DNA from: Vitrella brassicaformis CCMP3155
Taxonomy: Eukaryota; Protista; Chromerida
NCBI GenBank assembly: GCA_001179505.1
Contig: CDMY01001052.1
Span: forward strand, 153,486-217,485
Direction: 5' to 3'
DNA length: 64,000 nucleotides
Made by a program: the position numbers and the translations under genes. The notes beneath the pieces were generated by a model that had not been told where the DNA came from, did not search any database, and saw nothing but the letters and a program-made list of their open reading frames with translations. Below, in pieces: positions 13,101-25,800 of the stretch. The number at the start of each line of letters is the position of its first letter. Positions within the stretch are counted from its first letter, which is position 1.

Positions 13101-13829
13101 AAACAAGAGGTCCCTCCCCCTCCCCCCCCCNNNNNNNNNNNNNNNNNNNNNNNNNNNNNNNNNNNNNNNNNNNNNNNNNNNNNNNNNNNNNNNNNNNNNN
13201 NNNNNNNNNNNNNNNNNNNNNNNNNNNNNNNNNNNNNNNNNNNNNNNNNNNNNNNNNNNNNNNNNNNNNNNNNNNNNNNNNNNNNNNNNNNNNNNNNNNN
13301 NNNNNNNNNNNNNNNNNNNNNNNNNNNNNNNNNNNNNNNNNNNNNNNNNNNNNNNNNNNNNNNNNNNNNNNNNNNNNNNNNNNNNNNNNNNNNNNNNNNN
13401 NNNNNNNNNNNNNNNNNNNNNNNNNNNNNNCCCCCCCCCCACACACACACACACAACCACCCCCCCCCCTCTCTCTCTGTGTGTGTGCAGAGTCTGACGG
13501 GCATCGACCGTCTTCAGCTGCCAGGGTTCATCATCCCCCCCGCCCACGGAGCCGACACCAAGCCGCCGCCCTCCCGGTTCGTGCGGCACCCCCGCTACAA
13601 CGAGATGGAGCTCATGAACATCGAGCACAACGTCGTGAGCGGCATCGCCAAGAGGTACCGGTACAAGCTCATTCGCAGGGAGGCTGGGGATGCACAGGGG
13701 GAGAGGGAGAGGGAGAGACAGACAGATCCGGGTTTGTTGGTTAGCGGTGAGAGGGTGATTTTGCCGGCTGATAGGGACCCGACGAAGGCGGGGGGGCGGC
13801 TGGTGAGTGTGGAGGGGGCGGGCGAGTGA
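10171..13829 (+). CDS. obg: Obg-family GTPase, organelle-targeted (probably mitochondrial; GTPBP5/ObgE-like), multi-exon, spans an assembly gap inside an intron
   Basis: Gly-rich Obg fold (FVDLMWVECKAGNGG, GGHGGNVIL, VATGGLGG). G1 GMPNSGKTS, G2 PFSTT, G3 DLPG, G4 TKCD. N-terminal presequence-like region. Confidence 0.92.
13131..13430. other. Assembly gap (300 N) flanked by poly-C
   Basis: Run of N within an Obg intron. Confidence 0.99.
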
Positions 13830-15808
13830 TAGGAGAGATAGGGGGGTGTTTGTTGTGTGGGCTGACTGTACATTAGATCTGTTTATGTTTGTGGAGGGCG
13901 TGTGTGCGTGCGAGAGAGACATTCGCCCCGACAGAGACAGACCAATCATGTTGTTCGAATGAACAAGGAAGTCCGTGCAAATGTGACGAACACTCACAAC
14001 ACACACATGACTGTCTGTCACGTACGGGCACGTATACGAAACCCATCAAAGTGAGTCGAGCACCCACCCTTCAGCAAACCCCTTTACGAACCACCTACCG
14101 TTCTGCATGCAATGTAGAACAGAAAAATGGGCTGCCTCAGAACACGCAAAGAGCCACAAGGCATTCACTGCCGCATTACTCCCGCATGTCTGGTGAGTGT
14201 ATGTGTGCATGTGTGTGGGGGGGAAGGCTTGGCTTGCAGAATTATCACAGTCACCAACAGGACTTTAGCCACGCAGCCAGACAGGCAGGCAGGCAGGCAG
14301 ACAGGCAGGGTGTGTGTGGTGGATGGGTGTGTGTAATGGGTGTGTGTAATGGATGGGTGGGGCTTCAAAAAGGCAAGGCGGTAAAAACCACACATCACAT
14401 GCAGCAGACAGGTAGGTAGGTAGGTAGGTAGGTCGAATTATAAACTCAGCAAGGGGGTATGGATGGTATGGATGTCCAACGGACGGGAGGGTATATAAAT
14501 ACTAATCAACATGTGTATGATGATGATGATATGAACACGCATGTTGACATGACATGACAGGCAGGCAGGCAGGCAGGGGCAAGGGAGGGAGCACCAGCGC
14601 ACGGCACCGTCCAAACAACCAACGACCACGACTGACTGCCCAGATGGACCAGGCACTAAGACAGAAAGACCGACAGACAGACAGAAAGACAGACAGACAG
14701 ACAGGCGGGCAGGGTACCATGCAGCACCCGCCAGGCAATGAACGACACACAAAAACACCAGCGTGCAGAGTCGCATCGGTGGGTGCCGATCGGCTGGCTG
14801 TGTCCCTCCCGTCGGCTGGATCCGACACGTACAAGCGCTGCAAACCAATCACGGTGCAGCCTCTGGTATACATGTCAATCCGACACGACAGAAGACCCAC
14901 AGCCAATCTCTTCAAGGCCACTCACCCACCCCTTAGGCACGCTCCCCACTAGCTCACAAACACACAACCAGCCCAAATCGGGTGTGTGTCCGTGTGACAC
15001 AAAACACCAAGCATCCGTGTGTGACGTCGCTTCGCATCTGCGTCGATTGGCTGTGTGTCATCTCTGTGCGGGCGACGGCACGCACAAGCGCTGCAGCAGG
15101 CAAGATGCAGCACCTGGCCGTACTCGTCGTTGCCTTCGAGAGAAGACCACAGCTGATGCACAGACAGCCACTCATGGACGGAATCAAGACCCAACTAGCC
15201 CGGCACCAGGGCACATTCACTCACTCAACTCAGCCAGCCTCTCTCTCCTTCGTACGATGATGCACGTGACGCAGCCAGCCACACTAAATCATACCCACAG
15301 CGTGCAAAGAGTGGCGCGCTCGCACAATCGGTTGACGACGAATGCGACGCGCCCATACGGACGGACGGACTGACCCAAAGATGCGATGCCCACACGCAGA
15401 TACGCACACACGACGAGAAAGCAGCCAGAATGGAATGCAGCGAGGCAGAGAGAGAGATGGGGGGCGGGGGGCTTGGCTTCCCATGTATGTATGTATGTAT
15501 GGAGTCATCCATCCATCCCATCCATCCATAGCATTTTCACACGTCGATCGATCAGCAAAAGCGGGACGCGAAAAAGAAGGGATGGATGGATCTCACACGA
15601 CGGCATCGCGATCACCACACGCCACTCCACGGCGGCTCCCCCACCCCCACTAGCGCACCCGACCGACCCACAACCATACGGAGACAGACAGAGTAGATGG
15701 ACATGCCAGGACTAGACTAGACTAGCAACACACACGCACAAACTCGGCACACAACACACAACGGACAGGAGGCTCACTTGTCATCACATTCCATTCTACA
15801 TGGTGCCA

Positions 15809-16214
15809 CTACAGGTCGTCATCGATGAACCGGTCGATCATGGTCTCGAGCAGAGGCATCGACGCAGCCAGACCCGGCACATACTCAAACAACTCGCGGT
15901 CACTCACATGCTCACCCACACCCACACCCTTGAGATGACACACGAACCCCTCCTCGCTGTACCCGTAGCTCTCCTCACTCTCCTCCTCCCCATCCACGTC
16001 ATCAGGCCTCGCCGGCATCGTCACCGCCTTGGCCCACCGTCGAGGGTCGTCTTCAGGGAGCATGATGGGGTTGCTGTAGAAGTGGAGAATCTCGGGGTTG
16101 AGGTGAGTGGTGCTGCTGTCGGTCTGTGTCTCGCCGGCCTGGAAGTGCACCACCATCTCGGACAGGGCGATGTGTCGGTTGATGAGCGACAGAGTGGGGG
16201 CGCGACGCCAATCT

Positions 16215-16248
<34 letters not shown>

Positions 16249-17248
16249 GAGGGAAACCAACACCAAGGAAACCATACAGACATCACCGCAGCCACGGACG
16301 GGCAAGAAACTGTCCTCACGTACCCCCGAAGGAGTCGTCACAGATGCACAGGGCGTACTTGACGTCCACCACCGGCACCCCGCTCCCTCCCCCTCCCCCT
16401 CCCTCTCCCTCCAACCTCGGTGTGCCCGCAGCGGTCGACTCCATGCTCACCGACGCCTCGGCAATGAACGCGCCCTTGCCCCCCGCCTCTCTCTCACTGC
16501 CGCAGCTGCTGTGATGGGTACGCGGGGTGAGGGACGGCGGGGGGGCGTTGGCCCTGTGTGTCAACTGCTGATGGTGTTGCTGCTGCTGCTGTTGGGGCTG
16601 CATGACGACGTGTAGGGACTGGATGGGCGGGAGGGTGACCGTACGGTGGTGGCCGTACTCGTGGTCCTCCCAGTGGTGGTCACGGTCGCGGCAGATGATG
16701 TACTTGTACTCGACCACCTGAGCGATCATACGATCGATGAGATAGATGATTGATGGTGGGCGGCGCGTGACATGAACGAACGTGTGTGTGTCTGCTTGTG
16801 AGGTGAGAGGGTGCAGCGTGTTCACCACCACCACCGCCACTTACGGTTTCTCTGTCTTGTACTGCGGTGATCTGGACGGGCAGGCTCTCCCAGACGGGGA
16901 AGGACACCTCGTTCGTCCGCATGTCCACGGCCTGCAGGAACTGAACGCAACGCACGCACATGACACAATGAGGAACACACGTACAGCTGGAGTCTACTCT
17001 GCGTGTGTGTGCGCGGTTGTTTGCTTCATTGCTTACGTCCCAGTATCCGAGTGCTGGGTGGTTGCCCACCACCCTCAGCTGCTCCCCAGGCTTCGTGTAG
17101 GCCTTCACCTGACAACCAACACAAGCCCGCTTGTGTGATGATATTTCCTTGCTGCTTCTTGCACGGCTGCCGCAGCGCTGGTGTCAGTCACCTTGAAGCA
17201 CACCGGTATGACAGCGGGCTCGGCCTCCCCTTCACTGTGTCCATTCAT
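15809..17248 (-). CDS. CBM20 (starch/glucan-binding) domain protein, 5 exons
   Basis: Spliced N-terminus MNGHSEGEAEPAVIPVCFK-VKAYTKPGEQLRVVGNHPALGYWD-..MRTNEVSFPVWES..-VVEYKYII..WE matches CBM20. It is followed by poly-Q/poly-G tracts and an unrecognised C-terminal domain. Confidence 0.85.
16214..16247 (+). repeat. (GACA)n microsatellite forming the 3' end of a minus-strand intron
   Basis: Seen directly; representative of many intronic TGTC/GACA tracts. Confidence 0.9.
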
Positions 17249-17326
17249 CGCTGTCACAGCCGACCCACCGGCAGCTAAAGCTCAGGTCAAGCTGATGAAC
17301 CGCCAACAAATGGCGGCACAAATGCA

Positions 17327-17369
17327 CAAAACGCAGATCTCTCGTGAGGCCTCAAAACGCAGATCTCTC
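17327..17369. promoter_or_regulatory. 17-bp direct repeat CAAAACGCAGATCTCTC x2 in the CBM20/ctpA divergent spacer
   Basis: Exact copies at 17327-17343 and 17353-17369, between two head-to-head ATGs. The regulatory role is inferred. Confidence 0.5.
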
Positions 17370-17422
17370 CAGGCTCGCGAGGGAGAGCGCCCTTAGCTCG
17401 CAACTTGAAGGAATGAACCAAG

Positions 17423-18572
17423 ATGAAGATGCTCCTTCTCCTCCTCGCCATAGCGTCGTTATGCATCGACACGAACGTCAGTCAGTCAGCAGATCGTAGC
17501 AGATCGATGATACCAATGGTCTTGCGTCTGGTGTCCCTCTCTGCGTGTGTGCGTGCAGGGTGCCTTCGTGCCTTCGTGGCGACCATCTCAGCTGCAGCCT
17601 CTCTCTTGCAACAGGTGCAAACAGAACAGCCACACGAACGAACAGACGGATCTCATGATGCACTCACTCAGTCAGCTGTGTGTTCTCTCTCACATCACAC
17701 AGGCGCCGAACGACGAGGCTGCAACAGAGGTCACTGCAAGATGACGAGCGTGAAGCCCCAGAGCCACCACCAGCAGGAGCAACAGCAGCGGCTGATCGGC
17801 TAAGCAATCTTGTGATCGGGTGCCTCACATCACTGCTGGCACTGCTGCTGGTCAGCAAACAAACAACAGAGATAAGTTAAACACGATAGGTCGTCAGTAT
17901 TTTGGCATGCCGCTGTGTCCCTCTCTCTGTGTGTCGTGTGTCAGCCGGCGCTTCCCCTGTGCCCTTCCCCCGCCTCTCCCACACTCGCCGCTGATGCTGC
18001 AGTGGCCACGCCGGCAGCTTTGGGCCCGTCATCGCGACCGATGTTTCCTTTTCACGATCTGCACGCCGACGCCTTCCCCCTGCCACCCTGGGCCATACCT
18101 GAAGACCTCTCGCCGAGAGAGAAGAGGATTCTACAGGTAGGTACCTTTGGTGGATTTGGTGGCTCGCTGCCGACAATGGATATGTGTGTGTGTGTTTGTG
18201 TGTCAGGCTGAGCTGTACAAGGCTGTGGTAGACAGCGGCGACCCTGAGATGGTGTTCAAGGCCAACAAGGCCATTGTGGAGCAGGTCTGGCAGATCGCGA
18301 GTCTGCTGTTCTATGATCCAACAGGTACCTGCGACATGGAGAGAGAGAGAGAGAGAGAACACATGCATATCAACGGCACCCGATACATCATGTGTGTGTG
18401 TAGGTGGTGAGAAGTTCGAGCCCTCGGACAAGGCGTGGCGTCAGGCGCTCAACCAGTACCTGTACCCCACCATTCCAAACTCCAAGGCCGACGCGCTGAC
18501 CACCGTGGACGGCACCAGGAAAGCCATCAGAGACCTGCTCAGCTTCCTACAAGACCCTTACACAGGCACACA

Positions 18573-18609
<37 letters not shown>

Positions 18610-20714
18610 GGGCAGGGGGAGGACCTCCTGTGTGGTTGATCGCATGACGTCATCAGAGTACATCCCGCCGAATCGTGTCGAGCAGGTGGAGGGACGGCCC
18701 TCGCCCTCACAGACCAACTTCCAGAACAGAATTCGCACCACTTCCACAGACAATGGCCACAATGGCAACAACGTCAACGGCTACGAGGGTGCGACACCTC
18801 CCCAGCAGCAGCGGCAGCGGCAGCAGCCGGCGAGCATCGGTGTGCAGATTGCGTTGAAGAGCGTGGCTATGGGCAACAAGGGCCCAGTGTCCACGGGGAG
18901 GGGCAAGACCACCGTCGCAGAAATCGTCGGCGGTGAGAGTCAAGAGGAAAGAAAAGCACAAAGGAGAGCGCGTGACTGACGCCATGCATGTGTTGCTGCC
19001 TCTGTGTGTGTGTGTGTGTGTGTGGTGCAGTGTACCCCTCCTCCCCTGCCGAGTCGTGTGGGCTGCGGATCGGCGACTGCATCGTCAGCATCGACAACAC
19101 AGACGTGCCGAAATCGGTAGATGAGGTACGCGCGCACCTCTCCCCCTGGCCAGCACACGCAGGGCACCGATACGCGCATTCATTCACACAGGTTTATCGG
19201 AGGCTGGAGGGGCCCCAGGGCTCCGGCATCAAGCTGACCATCCAGCGGCAGCCCACACAGGCCGACATGACAGAGGTAGACACCGACATCTCTCTCGTCA
19301 TGTCGGGCGGCGCCGGGGCGAGGGACGGCTCATACGAGCCCTGGAACCTGCCGCTGAAGGTGGATGTCGATCTGAGGCGAGACAACGGCGTCTTGCCGCC
19401 ACTGGTGGCCGAGTGGGTCCCTCTGCAAAGGTATCAGGACGAGGAGAAGGGGTCTCTGAAACGGCTGTTGGGGGCCTGGGGTGCGAGAGAGCCGGGAGAA
19501 GGGGAAAGGATCGCATACCTTAGGTAGGTACGTCGGATCAGTGACCACGACTTATGCGAATAAGTGTCCACCTACCGCACGGCATGGTTCGGTGGTGTGG
19601 GTCTGTCTGCAGGCTGCACTACTTCTCCAGGTCGACATTCAACAAGTTGCTGCCCGTCCTCGACGCATTTGAGCGGGGACAGGCTGTCGTCGACGGCAGG
19701 ACGGGCGCATCCCTGTCGGAGCGCCAGACTTCAGCGAACAGCCCACCTCTCGGATGTAACACTCACTCATAGACAGAGAAAGAAGCGGTGCCATTCACCC
19801 ACCAGCCGCCGATCCGTCGTTGTTGTTTGTGTCTCCCTGTGTGAGTGCAGACATCATCGATCTGCGCAACAACTACGGCGGTGTGTTTCAGGAGGCGATG
19901 CTCATCGCCTCCCTCTTCCTTGACGACCCCAACGCACCCACACCCACACCCACACCCAACCCCGCCCAGCAGCAGCAGCAAGGCCAGGAGACGGCGGCAG
20001 TGTCTACCAGGATGTTCGGTGGTGGTGGGCGTGTCACTGATGTGCCTGTGCTGTACTGGATGATCACCTCCTGGCCAAACAGGGAGTCGGGTAGCTATCT
20101 CACCAAACATACAGGTGCGGTGTGGTGCGCACGGGGGAAGACGACACGACACAAGAGAGAGAGAGGAACACTCCGTTATGAATGAGTGCTGTGGTGTCTG
20201 TCTGCCAGTCGATGAGTTCCACTTCGACAGGCGGTTTCCCAATGAGGTCGGCTCCATCCGCAACCTCAGGAGACCACCACCACCAACACCACCTACTGCC
20301 GAAGACGGCACGCTGCCGGCGGCCAGCCTGTCCCCTTCCCCTCCCTCTCCCTCTCCCTCCCGGCCTCCCCCAGTGGTTGTGCTGGTCAACCGAGGCACGG
20401 CGAGTGCCGCAGAGATCTTCGCAGCCGCTCTGCGTGATAACGGACGCGCCGTGGTAGTGGGGGAGAGGACGTACGGGAAGAGCCTCATCCAGCATTTCTT
20501 CCCGCTGCCTGACGGTGGGGCGCTGAAGCTGACGATAGCGGAGTATCTCACTCCCAAGCGGCAGCACGTGTCGCCTTCCCGTCTCGGAAACCCTTATGGC
20601 GGAATTGCCCCTGACCTGCTGTGTCTGGCGTCGCCTACGGGGGATCGAGGGGCGCCTATGGACGTCTGCACGCAGATGGCCGCTCTCAGGATTCTCAGAT
20701 CGGAGAACCAGTGA
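17423..20714 (+). CDS. ctpA: C-terminal processing peptidase (S41A, PDZ), plastid/thylakoid-lumen targeted CtpA-like, multi-exon
   Basis: LQDPYT, PDZ region (VYPSSPAESCGLRIGDCIVSID), IIDLRNNYGG, catalytic Ser in VLVNRGTASAAE, Lys in TYGKSLIQ, LTIAEYLTP. N-terminal signal peptide followed by GAFVP. Confidence 0.92.
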
Positions 20715-21043
20715 TCGAGAGGAATATGTGGGTGTATCTGATTGGGTGTGGTTGTGTGTGGGGGTGAATTGTTGTGTAGGCATACATATGGTGTTGTGGT
20801 TGTGGCTAGCCTTCCTTGTGAAAGTCCGTGTGTTTTGTCCCATGTGGCTGGCTGTACATAATTGAGAGAGACAGACAGACAGACATGATGCTATGCAGAG
20901 CTGGCTGGGCTGGGTAGGGCAGAGGCAGGCACGACTTTTTGCCACTCACTCACTCACTCAGTCACTGGTCTGTCTGACCCCCTAACGAAGGTTTTGACCA
21001 GCAGCTGGTGAGGAACTGACCGTGTGGATGGCGATGGATCGAC

Positions 21044-21927
21044 TCACTCGACGAATGGATAGATCGGTCGAGCTCTCGTGTCATCCACACACACCGACGC
21101 ATATCGACAGTTAGTTCGTGCTATCACCAATCGACTTGACAGGCAGCTGACTGACAGGGGCGCGCCCCTCACACACACATGTATGCTATGCAGCACAGAG
21201 TGAGTCCATGGACTCACTTCCTCCCCAGCAGCTTCCTCCGCTTTATCTTTGACAGGGGCCGGATGAGCGGATCCGTCATCGACACCTATACACAATGGTT
21301 TGAACCGACCAGCACAGATACACACGCACAGTTGCAAAGTGTGTGCCCCGCCTTGTGTTTGTCTGTGTGGGTGTGGTGTGGTGTGCGCACCCGCTGCTCC
21401 TTGTTCTTGAAGGGCTTCCTGCGCGGGGTGAAGTCGGCATTCAGGGCTGCACACACACACACACACACACACATGGATGGGGAGCATGTCGGTCGGCTGA
21501 GTCATATGAGTCTGTCTAAGCAAGTCTGACACGTACTTACGTCCGAGAGGCTGCAGCACCTGCAGCTGCTGGTCCACCTTCCAAAGCAGCTCCTTGTCCC
21601 TGTTAGTTCGGTCCACACACACGCATGCCATGCACACGTGCGTGCGCGGCAACGAATTCATATGTATGTCGACTGACTGAATGACCGGAAGTGCATGGCG
21701 TGGTAGAGCTGCTTGAGGACTTTCAGCTCAGCGTACTCGAGCTCGTCGATGGCCTGCTGGTAGGCCTTGGACAGGTCGGCGAACAGCGGCACGTCACGCA
21801 CCTTCTGCCAACCATACGCCCACCCAATGCGAACCTGACATACACACACACAGCCAACCGGCCAGATCGATGGAGGGATACAGGCACATGTGTGTCTGTG
21901 TGTGTGCCCTGTGGATGTCATGTTGTC

Positions 21928-21961
<34 letters not shown>

Positions 21962-22700
21962 ACGAGCTCCTTCGGAGTGAATGCTCCGTAAGGCTCCTTC
22001 TGGATCCTCTCGCGAACTGCCATGCATGCCACACGTCACACATGTGTGTCGAGAGTGACAGCCACCTCCCTCCATCCCTTCCTTCCCTCATGTGCATACT
22101 TCCATCCCTTCCTTCCCTCATTATGGTGCATACATACTTACTTTTAGGTGCGAGTTGTTCGTAGAGCTCCCTCCCCTCCCTGTAGTTGAGCTTGGCCAGG
22201 CTGAACACCGCCCTGTACACCATCCACCGGCTCATCTCGCCCGCCCGCCCCCTCAGCCGTCGCACAAGCTCATCCAGCACCGCCCTGTGGTCTCCCTTCG
22301 GATGCAGCACTGCCAGGCCCCATATCACCGTCACATGATCACCCACAGTCATGCCCTCGTCCATCCTCTTGCAGTAGAACGGCAGCACCCGCATGAACGT
22401 GTTGGCGCACTTGAGCTCGATGAAGCGGGTCAGCAACAGCCGTGTGGTGGCCGCGTCTTGGGTGGTCTCGAGGCAGCTGATGACTCTGTCCGTCAAGGCT
22501 GCGTAGTGAGGCCCGGCTTTCTTGACGTTGCCGGCCCTGATGAGCTTGCGCAGGAAGAGGTCGGCATCTGTGGCTGTGAAGGTCAGCTTGGAGTTGGCGG
22601 CCACCTCCAAGATCTCGCGGGCGCTCAGCGGTGCTGCCAGAGCTGTGGCGAAGACCGACTTGGATGGGAGGCGAGAGAAGATCAGTCGAGATCGATTCAT
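21044..22700 (-). CDS. Probable mitochondrial helical-repeat RNA-binding protein (HPR/FASTK-like), multi-exon; last exon uncertain
   Basis: Presequence-like MNRSRLIFSRLPSKS. Tandem helical units (VIWGLAVL..., RAVFSLAKLNY..ELYEQL, IGWAYGWQKV..PLFADL) resemble alveolate organellar RNA-binding repeats. Confidence 0.55.
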
Positions 22701-22830
22701 CCCGTGGCGAGAGCATCACCAGCGCGTGCCATTCGTGGAAGATGACTTCTTCGTTGTGAGTCAAGAAAGGCGAGCTTTTGCAGGCTCCCGCACCTCGAGG
22801 ACCTATTGCCCCCCGGCCTCGTTGCAGGCG

Positions 22831-25800
22831 ATGAAGTACCGTGCCAAAGCTAGCGACGGCGACGACGCTCCGAAGCCCAACGACAGCATGGAGGTAGCCC
22901 CACTGAACAAGCCAGAAGATGCCTCTTTGATTCCGGTGGTTCTTGCATGTGTTCAGGTTGACTCTCCCCCTCAGGCCACCCCTGTCGCAGCATTCTTCCC
23001 ACCAGACGAGCACCAACCTGCCCCGGCCGACCCCGCACATGGTTTCCACTCAGTCGACGTGCCACCTGTCGGACAGGCCCTGGCAGCACAATCTGATGCA
23101 GCCTACATCGACCTCCAGATGGAGTCAGCAAACGCCGAGAATGCGGGTGACGGAGGGGGCGCTAAAGAAGCCATGAAAGACAGGGGCGTGGTGTTGGCGG
23201 GGACGGGGGAGGAGGGGGAGACTCTCGAGCTTGAAGAGAGGAACATCTACACGTGGATGGCTTGCGCGTCGTTCCAGGACATGAAGCGCCATCCTGTGAC
23301 CATGTTTCTGTGCCTTTGTGTCTCATTTGTTCAAATCGCGGGTATCAACGTTGATGTACCACATTCTTGTGCGGATGGTGTGTTTTGCTCGTCTGTGCGT
23401 TCAAGGGCCGCTTTTGCTGCTGTATACTGGTGTGTCGGCGCTTGACTTCAAGAGCTGGGATTTTTTCATCTCAAAGACGTCCTTCAACAATATATCGACG
23501 AAAGTGATAGCGATCTTCTTCGTCTTGCTCTTCAATATCAACGCCGTCATTGTGAGACACAGCAGATTGTCTTTGGGGCAGATCGCTCATTCCTTCCTTC
23601 CTTCCTGTCGTTTCTGTAAGGTCTCCCGCACTTTCCAGCGGGACGCTTTTCTGCTGATTGCCATCCCGGGAGTGCTCAAGAGTGACTTCTTCTTCGCACT
23701 CGGGAACTTCTCTAACTCTCTTTGCGTGTTGCTGTGCTGCGCGTCGCTCCCCCTGATTTTTTGGCGATCTGAAGGGGTTCAGGATGTGGTGTTCGACGCC
23801 CTTGGGACCATATTCTTGTTTAATCTCGTGAGCAGAGATCTCTTGATGTACTGTCGTCAATGTGCGAAGAGACACGTTTGTCTGTTTATGTGTCAGGACA
23901 ATGTGGGCGGTGATCTTGGCCTAATCAGCGAGGGGCAATGGGACGAGGTCTTTGCATCTGTGCGCAAGAAGACAGAGGCATTTCAGAGAGACATGGACCA
24001 CCAGCCCCAACGCAAAAAAGAACGATCATTCCGGAACTTTTTTCGTCGCCTCAAGATGGCGCTGCACTCCGAGGACCCAGAGCAGATGAAAGAAAAAGTA
24101 CCGAAAAGATACCACTGGTATGTGCGATACAAACAAAGACATAATGAGTTCGTCTCTCATGCCTGTGTCTCTTTGAAGGGTGCCCATCTATTACTATCTA
24201 CTGCGGTGGGTCCTTAAAATCCTGATGGTTGCGCTGCCGCTTGTGTTTGCACTGTCGGCGTTTCCTCAGGAGGGCAGTATCTCGCTGGTCGACCCCGTGT
24301 GGATGGACGCCACACGCGCCACCGACATCACCATTCTCTCATCCGATTTGAAAGAGGATATTACCAGCGTGCGAGCCATCTCGTCCGAGAGCTATGGTGG
24401 CAAGGCGTGGGAACTGAGCTGCAAGATTAAGAATGCCGGCTCCAATGGGGTTGTGTGCACATTTCCTGCTCTCCGGGGTACCGACGCCACTAGTGAAAAA
24501 GCGGAGCAGCTGGGTACCTTGATGAACAGAAACACGCTGCCGACCCTCAGTTTCAACATTCGGGTACGTTGGATGAAGGCGGCCGACAAGGCCTTTCGTC
24601 ACTGTCCCTTGTGTCTCCTTTGGTGTCTGTCTGCATTAGATAGAGGCCGAGAATCGCAACTTCGCCGAGCTCGAGAAGATCTTTCACGTATACCTATCAG
24701 GTCGGCAGCCATGTCTAGTCGTTGCCTTTTCACTTCCACTATACCTGTCTCTCTCCAGGTCATTTCCTGGGTATTCAGCCCTCCTTTGCGCAGCTGAACA
24801 CCAGTGCGGAGTTCGACAGCAGCGATGAGTTTTACACGGACCGGCAAGTCACTGTCACCACCAGTGACATGGGGGATGTCATCAGCAAGGTGTCGATCGG
24901 CGAGCGAGACTGCAGGTAAGGGACACACGTAGGTACGATGACAGAAGTGCTTCCATGCTTTCATTCATGCACTCACTGCCCTGTAAACGACTCGGTGCAG
25001 GCTGGTCTCGCCCGACGTGTTCACCGCCACCAACACACAGGTGCGGTGCAATGTGGCTGCCATCACCTCGGCCAACACGGTTGAGAGCCGCGATGTTACC
25101 GTGACCGCTGCCAACGGCAACATGGCTGTCGGGCAGAGTGCGTTCTCATACTTCAGCGAAGGTATGAGACATACAAACATGCTCTCGCCGTATGTGGATC
25201 GCCGCTCTATATGCATCTGTAGCTGCGGTTTTTTTCCGCGCATTGCCATATCCTGCTCTGATGGGCGAGCAGCTAGGCATTCAAGTCAACAAATTCGATG
25301 ACGGTGACAGAGCGCACACAGCCCCCAGCACAACCAACGCCTCCCGATATGTGTGCTCTCAGATGGCTATGCCAATATGGTCGGCATCCGCTTTTACGAA
25401 CGCTTTACACCCCAGAATGACCTGACCTGTGACAACGATGTGTCAATCTACGCGGAGAACGACGAGAGCTACTCAACCACATACTGCCAAATCCCTGACG
25501 TCACAGAAGTGGACACATGTAGGCCCACATGTATAATCAATGAAATGGTGGTCAACCTTGCTGTCCTTTGTCACTTTCTCGGTGCAGACTGCGAGCAAGC
25601 CGGTCTTCTTTTCAACATCAACAGGCAACTCGACTTCACCATTCGCGTCACACTCAACCAGGGCCGTGCAACCCCCGACGCCAGCAACCCTACGCCCCCT
25701 CTGGCCACCGCCCAGCCATCTGCTCTGCTGTCCTACCTGTGTGTACCGCCGAATGGCACTGACACAGGGGGCAGCGTCGTGGAGGCTACATTGGGGGTGT

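Noticed and set aside
13900-15800. Short ORFs in the region between Obg and the CBM20 gene
   Set aside because: No coherent exon chain or recognisable motif. The region is microsatellite-rich and consistent with long convergent 3' UTRs.
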